Below the pieces are notes generated by a model. It had not been told where the DNA came from, did not search any database, and was given only the letters and a program-made list of their open reading frames with translations. A DNA stretch of 64,000 bases. Origin: the human T2T-CHM13v2.0 reference genome, Homo sapiens. Position 1 is the first letter of the stretch; each line of letters starts with the position of its first letter. A program made the position numbers and the translations under genes. The stretch lies in the NCBI RefSeq assembly GCF_009914755.1, contig NC_060935.1, one strand, 5' to 3'. Of the stretch, positions 1 to 11,399 are shown in pieces.

Positions 1-2512
1 ATCTTTCTAGAGCTCATTTCAAATGATAATCTTTTATTTTTCTAAAACCACCATGTAAAAGAGCTACTTTTCTTCCCTGACATCTGGATTCAGATATTAT
101 ATCTGAGGTTTGTGTATCATATATGAGCTGGACCAGAAGACTTCTAAAGTCCTTCCCAAGTAAGAAATTTTGTTCCTCTTGCTCTAGTAAAGCAGTGGTC
201 CCTCTCCTTACTTTGGCTGCCAGGAGCCTAAGAGTTTTAGTACCTCTATGTAAGCATACTCTGGTATTAGTTGATTACAATTTGTTGCTGTGTGTTCCAG
301 CTCCCTTTAGAGGGAGAAGAAAGTATAAACTCTTAGCCCATGGTGGGAGCCTATGCAGACTTTCCAGGCCAGACTTCAGAGGTCCTTGAGGTTGGCTTCC
401 AGGAGGATGGTAGCCATGGCCTGGGGAGAGTAAAGGATGCCCACCAGCTAGTCGGGGCTCTTGCCCCCAGGATCCTATGTGAAGCTTTGGTTCACAGGTC
501 GTGAGCAGCAGGATATTCTGCTTGTTAATATAATTTTTTATCTACTCTTGCAAAAATATGATGAGAACATTAAATCCAGCCCTCTCCATAATCATGCGTC
601 ATTATCTAATCCCTTTGTTACACAGACGGCTAAGCTTTAAAATGCTGCTATAGGTGGAAACAGAGCTATCAGAAGCCACATCTCTCAGCCCCATTTCAAA
701 AGTTGCCCGTAATGAGAAGCAAAGTTAAATAACCATGCACAGAATGACGCCCACCCCTGTCTGTCCACCATCATACTTTCTCGCAGGCATCCTCAGCTCA
801 CCAGGAAGTGGCACCTAGGGCAAGTACTGGGGGACAGGAGGGCAGAGAGCAGAAAGAAGGAAAGTGTGCGTGCAGTGGACGTCAGCCTCTCACGCGTCCC
901 CACCCTGCCCTGTCAGCGCAGCTGCATTTTGTCACAGACTGAGTAGTAGACAAGGCTCACCTCCTCCCCATACCCCCTTTCTTAAAGTAGCTGCAAGAGT
1001 GCAAAATATTGACACTGACAGATATCAGAGGTGGCTGTAGGATCAATATTTCTATGGCATTGTCAGGAATGGTTTGGCAACCTGCTATGTGCTCACCAGC
1101 CTTTCATTCATTATGAGGCCAAACGGGAGCCATGTTTCTCCAAAGACAAAACCAGGACAGAGCGTGCTGGGTCTCAGAGGCTTCTCCTCAATGAGGCCTT
1201 TCCCTGGGACAAGGTGCTGCAGCAGGAGAATCTCTGCATTCTTCTGACAGCTTTCTAGAGAAAGGAGGCCACTTCCCAAGGGCTCTGGGGGATGAGCGGT
1301 GGGGACGCTGCCGGGAAGCAGTTCGACACTGACTGATGCTTTGCTGCAGGGGCTCTGCTCTGAAGCCGGACACTGCCAGGTGCACACAGGGACAGTTATA
1401 CTGGCAGTGATGCCTCTCACGCCTGGCCCCCCAAGAAAAGTCTTGGCCAGGAAAAAGCACGATCCATCTACTCTAGGGAGAGATCTGACAATTTAATCAG
1501 GAGGAAGAAATTCTTCCGAGCCAGCCCAGGACACCTGATTCTCCCACTTCCCCCATCTCTGAGGCACTCTTTAACTTGGGGAGCTGCACACAGAGAGCAG
1601 GAGACCCAGGCCTAGGGGACCTTGGTCCTGCCAAAGCCTGGGCTCTTGGATTCCTAAGTCGGTGTGGAAACAAGAAGGAATCTACAGCAATCAAACCTCC
1701 ACCCAAATTCCAGTCAGCCTGTATTTTTTTCCTTTTTATTCAGTTATTTGAATGATAAACCTAATATCTGTTATTTGGGATGACTTAAAGGATATAAAAT
1801 ATCTAATGTAAAATCCATAGTCTCTCCCTCTCCCATGTACATTGGTATTACTAATTTTTAGAATTTTAGAAAGACGCTGTATGTTCTTCCATAATTTACT
1901 CTTGGTTTGTTATTTTTTATATAAACATATATAAAAATCTGTACACTTTTTTGTTTTTTTCATACAATAGGGTGGTGGGATATGTATTATTTTGTACTTT
2001 ATTTACTTAATATTTTGTAGACACGCTTTCAAGGCAATGCATGCATACCTTTGGAAAACAAATTGGCTACTTCTGTCTAATTCTATATTAACTTTTCTAA
2101 ATAGTTTGTCCCCCTTCCCTATTCCAAACATTTTTCTAGCTGAATTCCTCAGGTTTTGAGAGGCAGGTGATGTCTGGGATGAATTGTTGGCATTCCTCCA
2201 CTGTAAGCCTCCATTCTGCACTGGTTCACTCAGACCACCCACTTCCACCTGCAAAGAAAAATGTCCCTGCATATGGGGTTCCATTTAAGATGTGAGGAAA
2301 GTAAGGCTTCAAGAGGAGATGTTATACAAGACTGTAGAATTCTAGGCCAGAATTGGCTGTGAACGTCATGCAAACGCAAGCGGCGGTCCAGACTTGATTC
2401 TCCCCTTTGGCTGGCTTCCTCCACTGTAACACAGAAAGACTCCTCAGAGCACTGTCACAAGTCTCAAATGAGACACCCCACCCCCCGCATAGAATCATGT
2501 GTGAATGCAAGC

Positions 2513-2553
2513 CATCATCAGCCTCATCATTGTCATCATCATCATCATCATCA
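2513..2553. repeat. Imperfect (CAT)n microsatellite
   Basis: catcatcagcctcatcattgtcatcatcatcatcatcatcat. Confidence 0.85.
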
Positions 2554-2554
2554 T

Positions 2555-2680
2555 GAAGATGCGGAAGCTCAGAGAAGCTAAGTGACTCTCCAGCTGGTCA
2601 GCAGGCTGGTGATGGAGCAGCGTGAAACATGCACCTCCTGACCCCACTAGGAATCTTCTGTATTCCAAAAGACTCATCTC
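2555..2680. mobile_element. MIR fragment
   Basis: MIR core-like gaagctcagagaagctaagtgact...ctggt. Confidence 0.55.
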
Positions 2681-3239
2681 AACTGGTTCTTCTCTGCCAA
2701 GCAGGTGAAGGCCCAGACAAAAAGATTGCAGTTGATTGATTTCTAGTAGAGCTAGTGTGGGTGACCACTTTGTGATCGGTTAGTGATGGTTGGCGGTGGG
2801 GCAGGAGGTAGCACCCAGTCTTATTTTGCTGCCCCCCATCTAGACTACCTACTGCAGGTGGCCGAGGCCTTGTCCTTGAGGGAATTCTGCAACAGAGAGT
2901 ATCACTCTTTCTGGGTTGCGGTTCTCTAGAGTGATGCTAGGGAAATCAGATGAGGTGGACTTCTGAGCTTTGCTTATGGCTCTGTGAGCTCATTTAGAAC
3001 TCAACCCTGCCTGGATATCAGGAGGGCTGGGTTTGGCCAAGGGAATCTGGAGAGGTCTGTGCCCCATCAAGCTGAGGAACAAGTACTGAGATTGCCCCGT
3101 GACTTGGAGCTCATCACACGGAGTCAGGTTCAAGCTTTCCAGCCCTGCCCTCATTTTCCCCGTGGGCTCGGCGTGATACCTTTCTGAGTAGGAAGTGGAA
3201 AGCAATCTGAAATCAAGAGTAAAATAAAGCAAGATCCCT

Positions 3240-4130
3240 ACCTAATGACGCTTGTAAAACTGGATTCTATACAATTTTAAGACTGTAATGTGAAAAGTGA
3301 AATTATAAAATCAATAAAGGGAAATGTCAGAGCTTGTCTTTGTGAACTAGAACTCGGTAAGAATTTTTTTAATTACTATAAATAACTTCAAAAGCAAAAA
3401 GCACAAGGAAAAATGATGACTGAGGATGACAGAATTAAGAATTTCTATTAAATGAAGGAAGCACAAGAAATATGTTAACAGTCAACTCATTGGGAGAAGA
3501 CATTTGCAATGCATAAAAACACCAAGGGATGAATACTTTGTTTCTACAAAGAAAATCTTCAAATCAATAAGAAAAAGAAAAGACTCCTATTGGAATATAG
3601 GCAAAAGATGCAAACAGACAATTTAAACATACAATGCAAATGCCCATCTACCGGCCACAGAAAAAAAATACTCAGATAAATACAGACTGAAAGAATCAGA
3701 ATGTGGAATACAAGCACTTCACACATAATTTGCTGGGAAAAACTGGAAAGCTGGATAATGGCAAGAGTTGGAGGGGATACAGAAAATATGAGAAACCTTA
3801 TGGAAGCCGCGATTCTAGGGAGGAATCTGGTAACTCTTAGACTGAGTAAATTACATTGCTATGACCTAGCAATTTCACTTCTGAGTCCATCTCAGCCCCC
3901 AGGTATTATCGGCGTACTGAAGTGGGAATCTGCAAAGATGTCTGCTGCAGTGTTGTGTAGAGAAGGGGACCGGACAGACATACTTGAGGTGCACACCAAG
4001 CAGGGGTGTGGACGCACCGAGCACGCCACGGTGGCTGTGCGCAATGAACTCAAGATGCGTGCAGCCGCCCGGACGATCTGATAAACATGGGGCTGAGTGA
4101 AAACACGGGAACAAGGAGACACCCAACACA
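3240..4130 (+). mobile_element. Ancient L1 (L1ME-like) ORF2 3'/3' UTR fragment
   Basis: Degenerate L1 motifs gggagaagacatttgcaatgcata, atcaataagaaaaag, gcaaaagatgcaaacagacaattt, ctatgacctagcaatttcacttct. Confidence 0.65.
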
Positions 4131-6049
4131 GTATCACCTACATTGCTCCATTAAAACAGCTGAACATCTACACGCTTTCCACACTGGACACACAAACACG
4201 GCAACACGACAGACACACTGCATGTGTGCAGGGACTACAGCAGAGACTGAGGATAAAAGAAAATGAGCAATGGAGTGAGCAGGTCCTTGTGTAAACCGGT
4301 GACAAAGAAAGGAATATGTTTCAGTCATTAGCCTGTGCCGGAGTGAAAAGGAAATAATAATATAAAAGGCAACACGCTTTTGAAGTTTAGAGACCTGGCT
4401 TCTACCCCTGCTCAATGACTCCTGCTGTCTAGGCCCTTGACCCTCATCCCTCCAGTGAGGAGGGCGCAGACAACCCTGGAAATCACCTCTGGTCTAAGGT
4501 TCTGGGATGCACCACGGGCAGCTCCCTGAGCGCCACAATGCTCGCTTTTACAGAGCGGCACTGGCTCCGATCAGGCACAAGAGGGCGCTCCGTGCCCGTG
4601 TATTTTAAGAATCTTGGCTGTCACTCCAAACTTAAGACGTAAACCCAGAAATCTCTCCACCGCCCCCAACTACCACCTTCATACACTCCTTATGCTATGC
4701 TATTCTTTTACTGCTTGAGAAATACAAAGCACCCACCTACTAGGGGTTATAAACGACAGATTTTAGAGACTTCCGAGGCCACGTGAATCTTTTTTACTGG
4801 AATCCTTACATTCCCCAGATGTGCCACGTTAGTTCTCCCTCTTGTTGATCCAAGCTCATCCCCACCCCAATATTCCTTCCTCCCACCCAGTTCCTGCCGT
4901 GTCTCACCCAGTTTTCCACATACACGCCCGCCTGAATTGATCTCCGGGCCCCTGGCTCTCTCTGGATGAAGACATTTGCCGTTGGCAAGCATGTTTGATA
5001 TGAAATTGCTTGTACTTTTGATACGCATTTTAAGCTAGTGTAAGTAACGAGAGGCGTATTTCAACTGAACAGAAGGCAAGAATGGATCCATGGAGCACAC
5101 AGCCTCACAGCAGGGTTATCCCATCTGAATAATCTCCCCTTTCCGGAGGTGCTCAAGGCCAGGCATTGACCATGCAGGAATGTCACAGGGGGACCCACAT
5201 TTTTGATGGGCAGCTGGAGTAGATGGTGCTTCAGATGATTTATAAGCATTCATTTGATTTTCATATATGTGGATTCAACTTATGATCTCAGATCTGATTT
5301 CCTTTCAGATAAATCAAAAATCTCTATATGAAAAGAGGCTAAAAAATGGCTAAAACAAATCTGCCCGAGTACTCTACACTTGTTCTGGGGTGACAAAAAA
5401 ATGACTGTGACACCCTGCAAAGTGCACAGCCAGGCGTGGCCACCCACTGTAAGAACCTCGGGAGGTTCCCATTTCATCTCTTGCACCAGCTCACCGTGTG
5501 ACCTCACAAATTCACAATTTCACAATTTGTGAATTGTGAATTCACAAATTCACCACCCCCTCCACTTCCGCCTGCCTGTTGTAAGGTGAGAGGAAGGACC
5601 TATATGTTCCCCAAGGTCCTGTCCACCTCCCGCATCCCCCAACCTTCTCCATCCTGCTGCAGGCTCTGCCTTTTGCTCCATAATGATGCCAGAGACATGC
5701 TGAGGTGCCCGTCCAAGGGGATGGAAGATAGGCATCACTCTCCCTTTTCACAAAGCAGCTCATTGGGAATGCCTTTTGAACTTCAACCATGTTAGAAAAA
5801 CAGTTTTACAGAATTAATTCAACATAAGGAGGAGCATTTTAGCAGAAGTGTGTAGAGAGTTGGGAACAGAGCAATGACCAGAGAAGAAAACTCCTTATGG
5901 TCTATGAATAGGGTCCCCACTCACCCTACCCATCCACAACAGAGCCAGAACTACTGGCCAATCCACAAGAGCTACAGCAACCCAGCCAGATGCAGATGGC
6001 CGGATGTATAGACCTGACCTGGAATCAACCTGCGGGACTGTAGGATGGT

Positions 6050-6200
6050 AACTCTCAGACTCCAGTGTGTCCCCTCATCACCCATGCGGTCTTGTGAGAA
6101 TGTGGGTTCAGCTTTGGTAGGTCTGGGATGATGCCTGGAACTTTTGATTTTCAACAAGCTCTCATGACACTACTGCGGCCGGTGTGTGGCCCACACGGTG
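6050..6200. mobile_element. MER5-like hAT DNA transposon fragment
   Basis: ggtaggtctgggatgatgcctggaacttttgattttcaacaagctc resembles the MER5A core. Confidence 0.5.
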
Positions 6201-6637
6201 AGTAGGAAGGCCCTAAGAGGGAAGATGAAGTAGAATGCCAACGATTCCATACTTGCAGCGGCACCGTGAGAAAACATTCCCACTTTGGTAATCAAATGTT
6301 TTTTTTTTTTTTTTTTCCTAAAATAGGCTTTAGTCTCATCTGTGGAATGTTTTAGGTATAATGCTGCCTGAGACAAGACGGTTAGTTGAGAGGACACCCC
6401 CAGGTCTGGGGTGCCATATTCACACATTTCATTAAACAAGTTCCTCCCTGCCCTCAAATCAGCAAAACACCCAAACCCACTGTGCCCGTTTATTTTCACT
6501 CATTCTATTGAGGAGCCATTTAGCACCTTGAAGCTGCAGAGAGAATCAGTATAAAAGCTCTTGTCGCTATGAAGGAGCTCAATGGTTTTTATTGCTTCCA
6601 TCCTTTAAACACCTTGCAGGCATCTGTTTGTTCACCT

Positions 6638-6760
6638 CTTCATTCATTCATGATTTACTCACCTAGGCCTTCTGCATGCTGAAGCCTGTTCTGGAGGCTG
6701 AGATATCGGTGCAGAACACGACTGTTCATGGGTCTCGGAGTCTAGTGGGGACACAGGTGA
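6638..6760 (-). mobile_element. L2 3' end fragment
   Basis: ttcattcattcat tail followed by L2-like gttctggaggctgagata...gagtctagtgggg. Confidence 0.5.
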
Positions 6761-8336
6761 GTGGAAGAGTGGGGGTGAAGCGTGCATGGTGGGGAAAGGG
6801 GCTTACCGCCAGGCCTTATTAGCTTTTGGTGAGAGGACCAGTTTCGACATTATATCCACAAACATAAATTGGAAGTGTTAGAATTGGAAGGACCCGAAGC
6901 CGAGATAATCAATGTAGCTATTCCTTGTAGGACACTCCTGCAGCATCCCAGTGTGCTCCTGACTTCAGGGTGACAGGCGCATCTGATGTCCCTGGTGGAG
7001 AGGGGAGGTATACCCATCCCTTATATTTACAGGACTTGGTGCTTCCATCTGGAGGGTTAGGGCTCTTTGAACAGTTAATTCTCCGTTTCCTTTGGGATGT
7101 CAGCCCCCTTGGTACCACCTAGCAGACATCTCTGAGGATGCGGCATCCTGCTGATCATTTAAGTGAACGCCTCCTCCACTAGATCACAGATTCCGCAACT
7201 TAGGAACTGAGGCTGATGATTCTCTGCTTTCCCAATTCGTAACCCAGTGTGTGCTACAAAGCACAAGCTCAACGAATATGTAAGGAATTCGCAAGTGGCT
7301 GAGCGAATGAATGAAGCGCTCTTACACAGGACTGTATTTGGTGTTCACAGCTCGTCTTTTGTTTTCCACATCCTGAGCTGGAGTAGATTGACTTCTCTTC
7401 TTGAGATGACAGACGGAGGCTTCTATCACATTCTCCCTTTGGATAAGCCCAATAGTGTATTAAATGCACTCCTGCTCTAGGGGGATCCTGCTACTGGACC
7501 TAAGCACCTCCTCTTAACCCCAGGGGGAGGCTTTGTGGGGTACATCAATGGTACTCATCACCCAATCCAGAATCTCCTTCTAGAAGGAGAAACTGAGGCC
7601 ACAGTAAACATCCAGCCCCCGCCGTTCGAATGGCAGGTGAAGCGCTGGCAGCGCCCCTCCCCGCCCCTCTCCGCATACAGCCCCCACCCTTCTCAGCAGC
7701 CTTCAGCCGCCAGCGTGTGCTGTGAGGCCCTTTCTCTTCCAGGCATCTGTCCCTTGCATCCCAACGGGAGCGCGGTCCCCTGGGAGGCGTCCCTCAGCAG
7801 CCCCGGGAAGTTCTGTCCCTGCTCCCGAGTGTGCCCAGAGTCCTGCCGTTTCCTTCTAGCGCGCGTTCTTTACTGGCGCCATTCCTGCTGCTAAGAGCCC
7901 TGAGACGGCCGGGGGTGACCCGGGCCCAGAGCAGCTCCCGGCTCAGGGACCCCTCCCCAGGCCAAGGGCAGGACAAGCCCGGGCCTGGGCCTCCGCCTCG
8001 GCTCCCCTCCAGCCTCTAGAGGAGCCCCGCGTCCGCACGACCCGGGGTCCTGGGCCACTCCGGGAGCCCCTGGAAGCCACCAGCTCCCGCGCTGGAGTCT
8101 TGGGGCCTTGGGTAGGCGAGCCGGGCTCCACCCGGCTGGGGCAGAGGGAAGGCCGGGTCTGCCCAAGGCAGAGGACCCGCTGCGCCGTCCCCTCCCCACC
8201 CTCCCCTCTTCCCCTCCCCCGCACCCCTCCTCTCCTCCCTATCCTCCCCCCTCCCCATCCTTTCTCTTCCCCTCCTCCCCATCCTCCCCATCCTCCCCTC
8301 CCCACGCTCCCCTCTTCCCTTCCCCACCTGCCACCC

Positions 8337-9088
8337 TCCCCTCCTCCCCTCCTCATCCTCTCCTCCCCCTCGCCCATCCCCCTTCCCCTCCTCTCCTCCT
8401 CATCCTCTCCTCCCCCTCGCCCATCCCCCTTCCCCTCCTCCCCTCCTCATCCTCTCCTCCCCCTCGCCCATCCCCCTTCCCCTCCTCTCCTCCTCATCCT
8501 CTCCTCCCCCTCGCCCATCCCCCTTCCCCTCCTCCCCTCCTCATCCTCTCCTCCCCCTCGCCCATCCCCCTTCCCCTCCTCCCCTCCTCATCCTCTCCTC
8601 CCCCTCGCACATCCCCCTTCCCCTCCTCCCCTCCTCATTCTCTCCTCCCCCTCGCCCATCCCCCTTCCCCTCCTCTCCTCCTCATCCTCTCCTCCCCCTC
8701 GCCCATCCCCCTTCCCCTCCTCCCCTCCTCATCCTCTCCTCCCCCTCGCACATCCCCCTTCCCCTCCTCCCCTCCTCATTCTCTCCTCCCCCTCGCCCAT
8801 CCCCCTTCCCCTCCTCATCCTCTCCTCCCCCTCGCCCATCCCCCTTCCCCTCCTCCCCTCCTCATCCTCTCCTCCCCCTCGCCCATCCCCCTTCCCCTCC
8901 TCCCCTCCTCATCCTCTCCTCCCCCTCGCCCATCCCCCTTCCCCTCCTCCCCTCCTCATCCTCTCCTCCCCCTCGCCCATCCCCCTTCCCCTCCTCCCCT
9001 CCTCATCCTCTCCTCCCCCTCGCCCATCCCCCTTCCCCTCCTCTCCTCCTCATCCTCTCCTCCCCCTCGCCCATCCCCCTTTCCCCTC
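8337..9088. repeat. 47-bp C/T-rich minisatellite (VNTR), ~16 copies
   Basis: Unit CGCCCATCCCCCTTCCCCTCCT(C/T-variant)CCTCCTCATCCTCTCCTCCCCCT. Anchors at 8371, 8418, 8465, 8512, 8559, 8606, 8653, 8700, 8747, 8794, 8833, 8880, 8927, 8974, 9021, 9068 (47-bp spacing, one 39-bp unit). Confidence 0.97.
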
Positions 9089-9375
9089 TTACTACCCCCG
9101 CCCCACCCCGTTCTGCGCCGAGTGGCACAGCCCTCGGCACGGCACGGCCCTGTCAGCTACGAAGCCGGGCGAGGGGCTCAAGGCCCCTCTGGAGACCGCT
9201 TCTCCCCCGCGGCCCGTCCCGCCGCTGCGGACCCCATGCGCGGCCTCCCCGCCCCGGCGCCTGGGCCTCCTCGCGGCCCGGGCGGGGCCCACCAACCCGG
9301 AGAGGTCGCCAGCCTGCAGGGTGCCGGGGGCCCCTCCGAGCCGACCTCGTCCCAGGCAGACGCGCTGCCCGGAGA

Positions 9376-9394
9376 CCGCCGCAAGGGGGCGCCA
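9376..9394 (+). promoter_or_regulatory. Second CTCF-like motif
   Basis: CCGCCGCAAGGGGGCGCCA, same orientation as the 9449 motif, 73 bp away. Confidence 0.5.
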
Positions 9395-9448
9395 GGGGCC
9401 GGGGCGGACGTCGCGCCAGTGCCTCGCCGGGACCGCACCTCGTCCGCG

Positions 9449-9467
9449 CGGCCGCCAGAGGGCGCCC
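9449..9467 (+). promoter_or_regulatory. CTCF core motif
   Basis: CGGCCGCCAGAGGGCGCCC closely matches the CCASYAGRKGGCRS consensus. Confidence 0.7.
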
Positions 9468-9577
9468 GTCAGCGCCGGAGCCCGCGGCGGACGCCCCAGC
9501 CGAGCCCAGCCACTGCCTGGTGGAGCCACAGGGCACCCGCCCGGAAACACCGCCTGCGCCCCGACGGCACCCGTGTG

Positions 9578-9637
9578 CGCACCACACTCACATCACACAC
9601 ACCACGCACACACACGCACACACACACACGCACACAC
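9578..9637. repeat. Imperfect (CA)n/(TG)n microsatellite inside exon 1
   Basis: cacactcacatcacacacaccacgcacacacacgcacacacacacacgcacacac. Confidence 0.9.
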
Positions 9638-11399
9638 CCCGCCGAGCGGGCCGCACAGTCACTGGGGCGCCGCTCGCTTTGCTGCCTTTCCCGCGGGTGC
9701 ACTGAGCGGCGGGAGCGGGAGCCGCGGGCTTTGCCTGAGCCGGGCGCGCGCTGTGGTCTCACTCCCAGACCCGACCCCTCTGAGCTGCCCCTCTCCGAGG
9801 CCCCGCGACCGCATGCGTGTGTGCTCCCACTGCCCCAGCCTGAGTCCCGGATACTGGTGCCCCTGTCTCGGGTCGCTGGCTGCGGAGAGGGCTGGCCTGA
9901 GGGAGCCAACCCCACCCCACCCCAGCCTGGGAAGGGCCAGAGAGGGGCCAGGCAGGGCCCCGGAAGGCTCGGCCCATGCATCCAGCGTGCCTGCTCCCAG
10001 GAATTGCACCTGGATTGTTCCAGCCATTGAGTGGATAAATCCACATCTCAAAGCTGGATTCAGTTGCATGTTCGCCACTTGCAATGGAAAGAGACCTGGC
10101 ACTCCATTCATACTGGAACAGTTATCTTGGGTTTGGAGTATTCTGCAGGATATTCCTTTGGAACACGGCCTCGCCACTGGGGAGAGACCACATCTCCAAT
10201 AACGGGAGGCCCATGTGGAATGCCAGATGCCCTCCAGACCAGCCCAGGATCCCACATGGGCTGTGAGCGCGAGGACAGGAAGGATTCGCTGCACGGAAGG
10301 TTGCGGAATGACGGGATGATGAACTTGGTAGATGTCCCAATCCTAAATGTTCTCTCTTTGAATTCTTACTGTGTGAAAAATTCATTTGGCAATTAATCAT
10401 ATACAGCCTTGTGACATCTTTTCTGTTATTGTCTGGAATTGTTATTTCAATCCTTTGTTACTAATTGACTTTTTGCATGCTCCCGCCTCGTCTCCCTAAC
10501 TAGATGGCAAATTCTTTGAGAGCAGAGACCTCTCTTGACATTTTTTTTTTAACTGGCAAGCGGAGACTGTATTGTGCATTGTACCTACCCACAGAAAAGA
10601 TCTGTAGGGCAGGCCTTATTGGTTTCATTTTATAAATTAGGAAAGTAACTAATGGTAATAGCTCCTCCAGGAACAAACAACTAGTAAGTGGCAGAACCAG
10701 CATTCATACCTTGGCAGTTCTCCAAAGCCCACCCCCCAGACACCTGCACAGGGCCTTGCACACCCTGCGCACTCCATAAACATCATTTGGTTCTTATCAT
10801 TCTCAACCATCAATGTTTTAAGAAGGCTAATTAACATCCGATGAAGGTCAATTTTCAAATTCAAGTTTCGTTGTTTAGTTTCCCAGAAAGAGGTGTTAAG
10901 CTTCAGCTGAGAGATTCAGCTTCCACAAAGAAAACTTCATACCAGGGAGGCAAATATTGACGCAGGCATCTCTTGAGGGTGTCTAAGTTTGAAAACAAAG
11001 CACTTCCTCCTTTAAAATGAAATTGAAGGATATTCGGCTTGGCTTGGAAGCCAATCTGGGGTCAGGCAGCACATCACTGGGAGGCGTATTGGGGCGCTCC
11101 AGGCAGTCGGACAGATAGGGCCTGGCCTGATCAGAGAGGTCTGGCCCCAAGCCCAGCTCTCTTGCTCAGCCTCATGGGGTCTCCATGTCCTTCTGCACTG
11201 CGAGTATGAGATCACCTGTTATATCTGTGGTTTTTATAATGTAACTCCCATCATTTCTATTTAAAACCTTGCCATTTTTTTTTACTTAGAACTCAAACTC
11301 AAATTCAAGCATGAGTGAGCATCTACCATACAATATAGATTTATTATAAGAACCATGATATAAAAATACTGACATCAAAAGCCTCCACCATATTGTTCA

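Larger units (their letters stand above)
9439..9703 (-). other. RFTN1: Non-coding first exon (5' UTR) of a minus-strand gene, probably RFTN1
   Basis: Lies in a CpG island. Inr-like CTCAGT (BBCABW) on - strand with A+1 at 9703. Donor GAG|GTGCGG (plus CCGCAC|CTC 9433-9441). The only ATG is immediately followed by a stop. The gene name comes from my recollection of the RFTN1 mRNA 5' end (GT-repeat UTR ending ...GCGCGGACGAG), not from a search. Confidence 0.6.
7600..9950. promoter_or_regulatory. CpG island promoter, interrupted by a VNTR
   Basis: Very high GC and CpG density at ~7770-8190 and ~9090-9900, against CpG-depleted flanks. NRF1-like CGCATGCG 9810-9817, ETS CCGGAA 9541-9546, EBF-type TCCCCTGGGA 7776-7785, several GC boxes. 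Confidence 0.9.

Noticed and set aside
8337-9088. Regular repeat array as a CRISPR-like system
   Set aside because: Head-to-tail units with no unique spacers, eukaryotic context, no cas genes.
8100-10202. 700-aa and 640-aa Pro/Ser/Leu-rich ORFs and overlapping minus-strand ORFs
   Set aside because: Artefacts of a stop-poor C-rich VNTR and GC-rich island; non-ATG starts, several frames open, no domain.
9990-10400. Possible divergent plus-strand exon/121-aa ORF next to the promoter
   Set aside because: No convincing donor and no recognisable protein; divergent transcription is plausible but unsupported by sequence alone.
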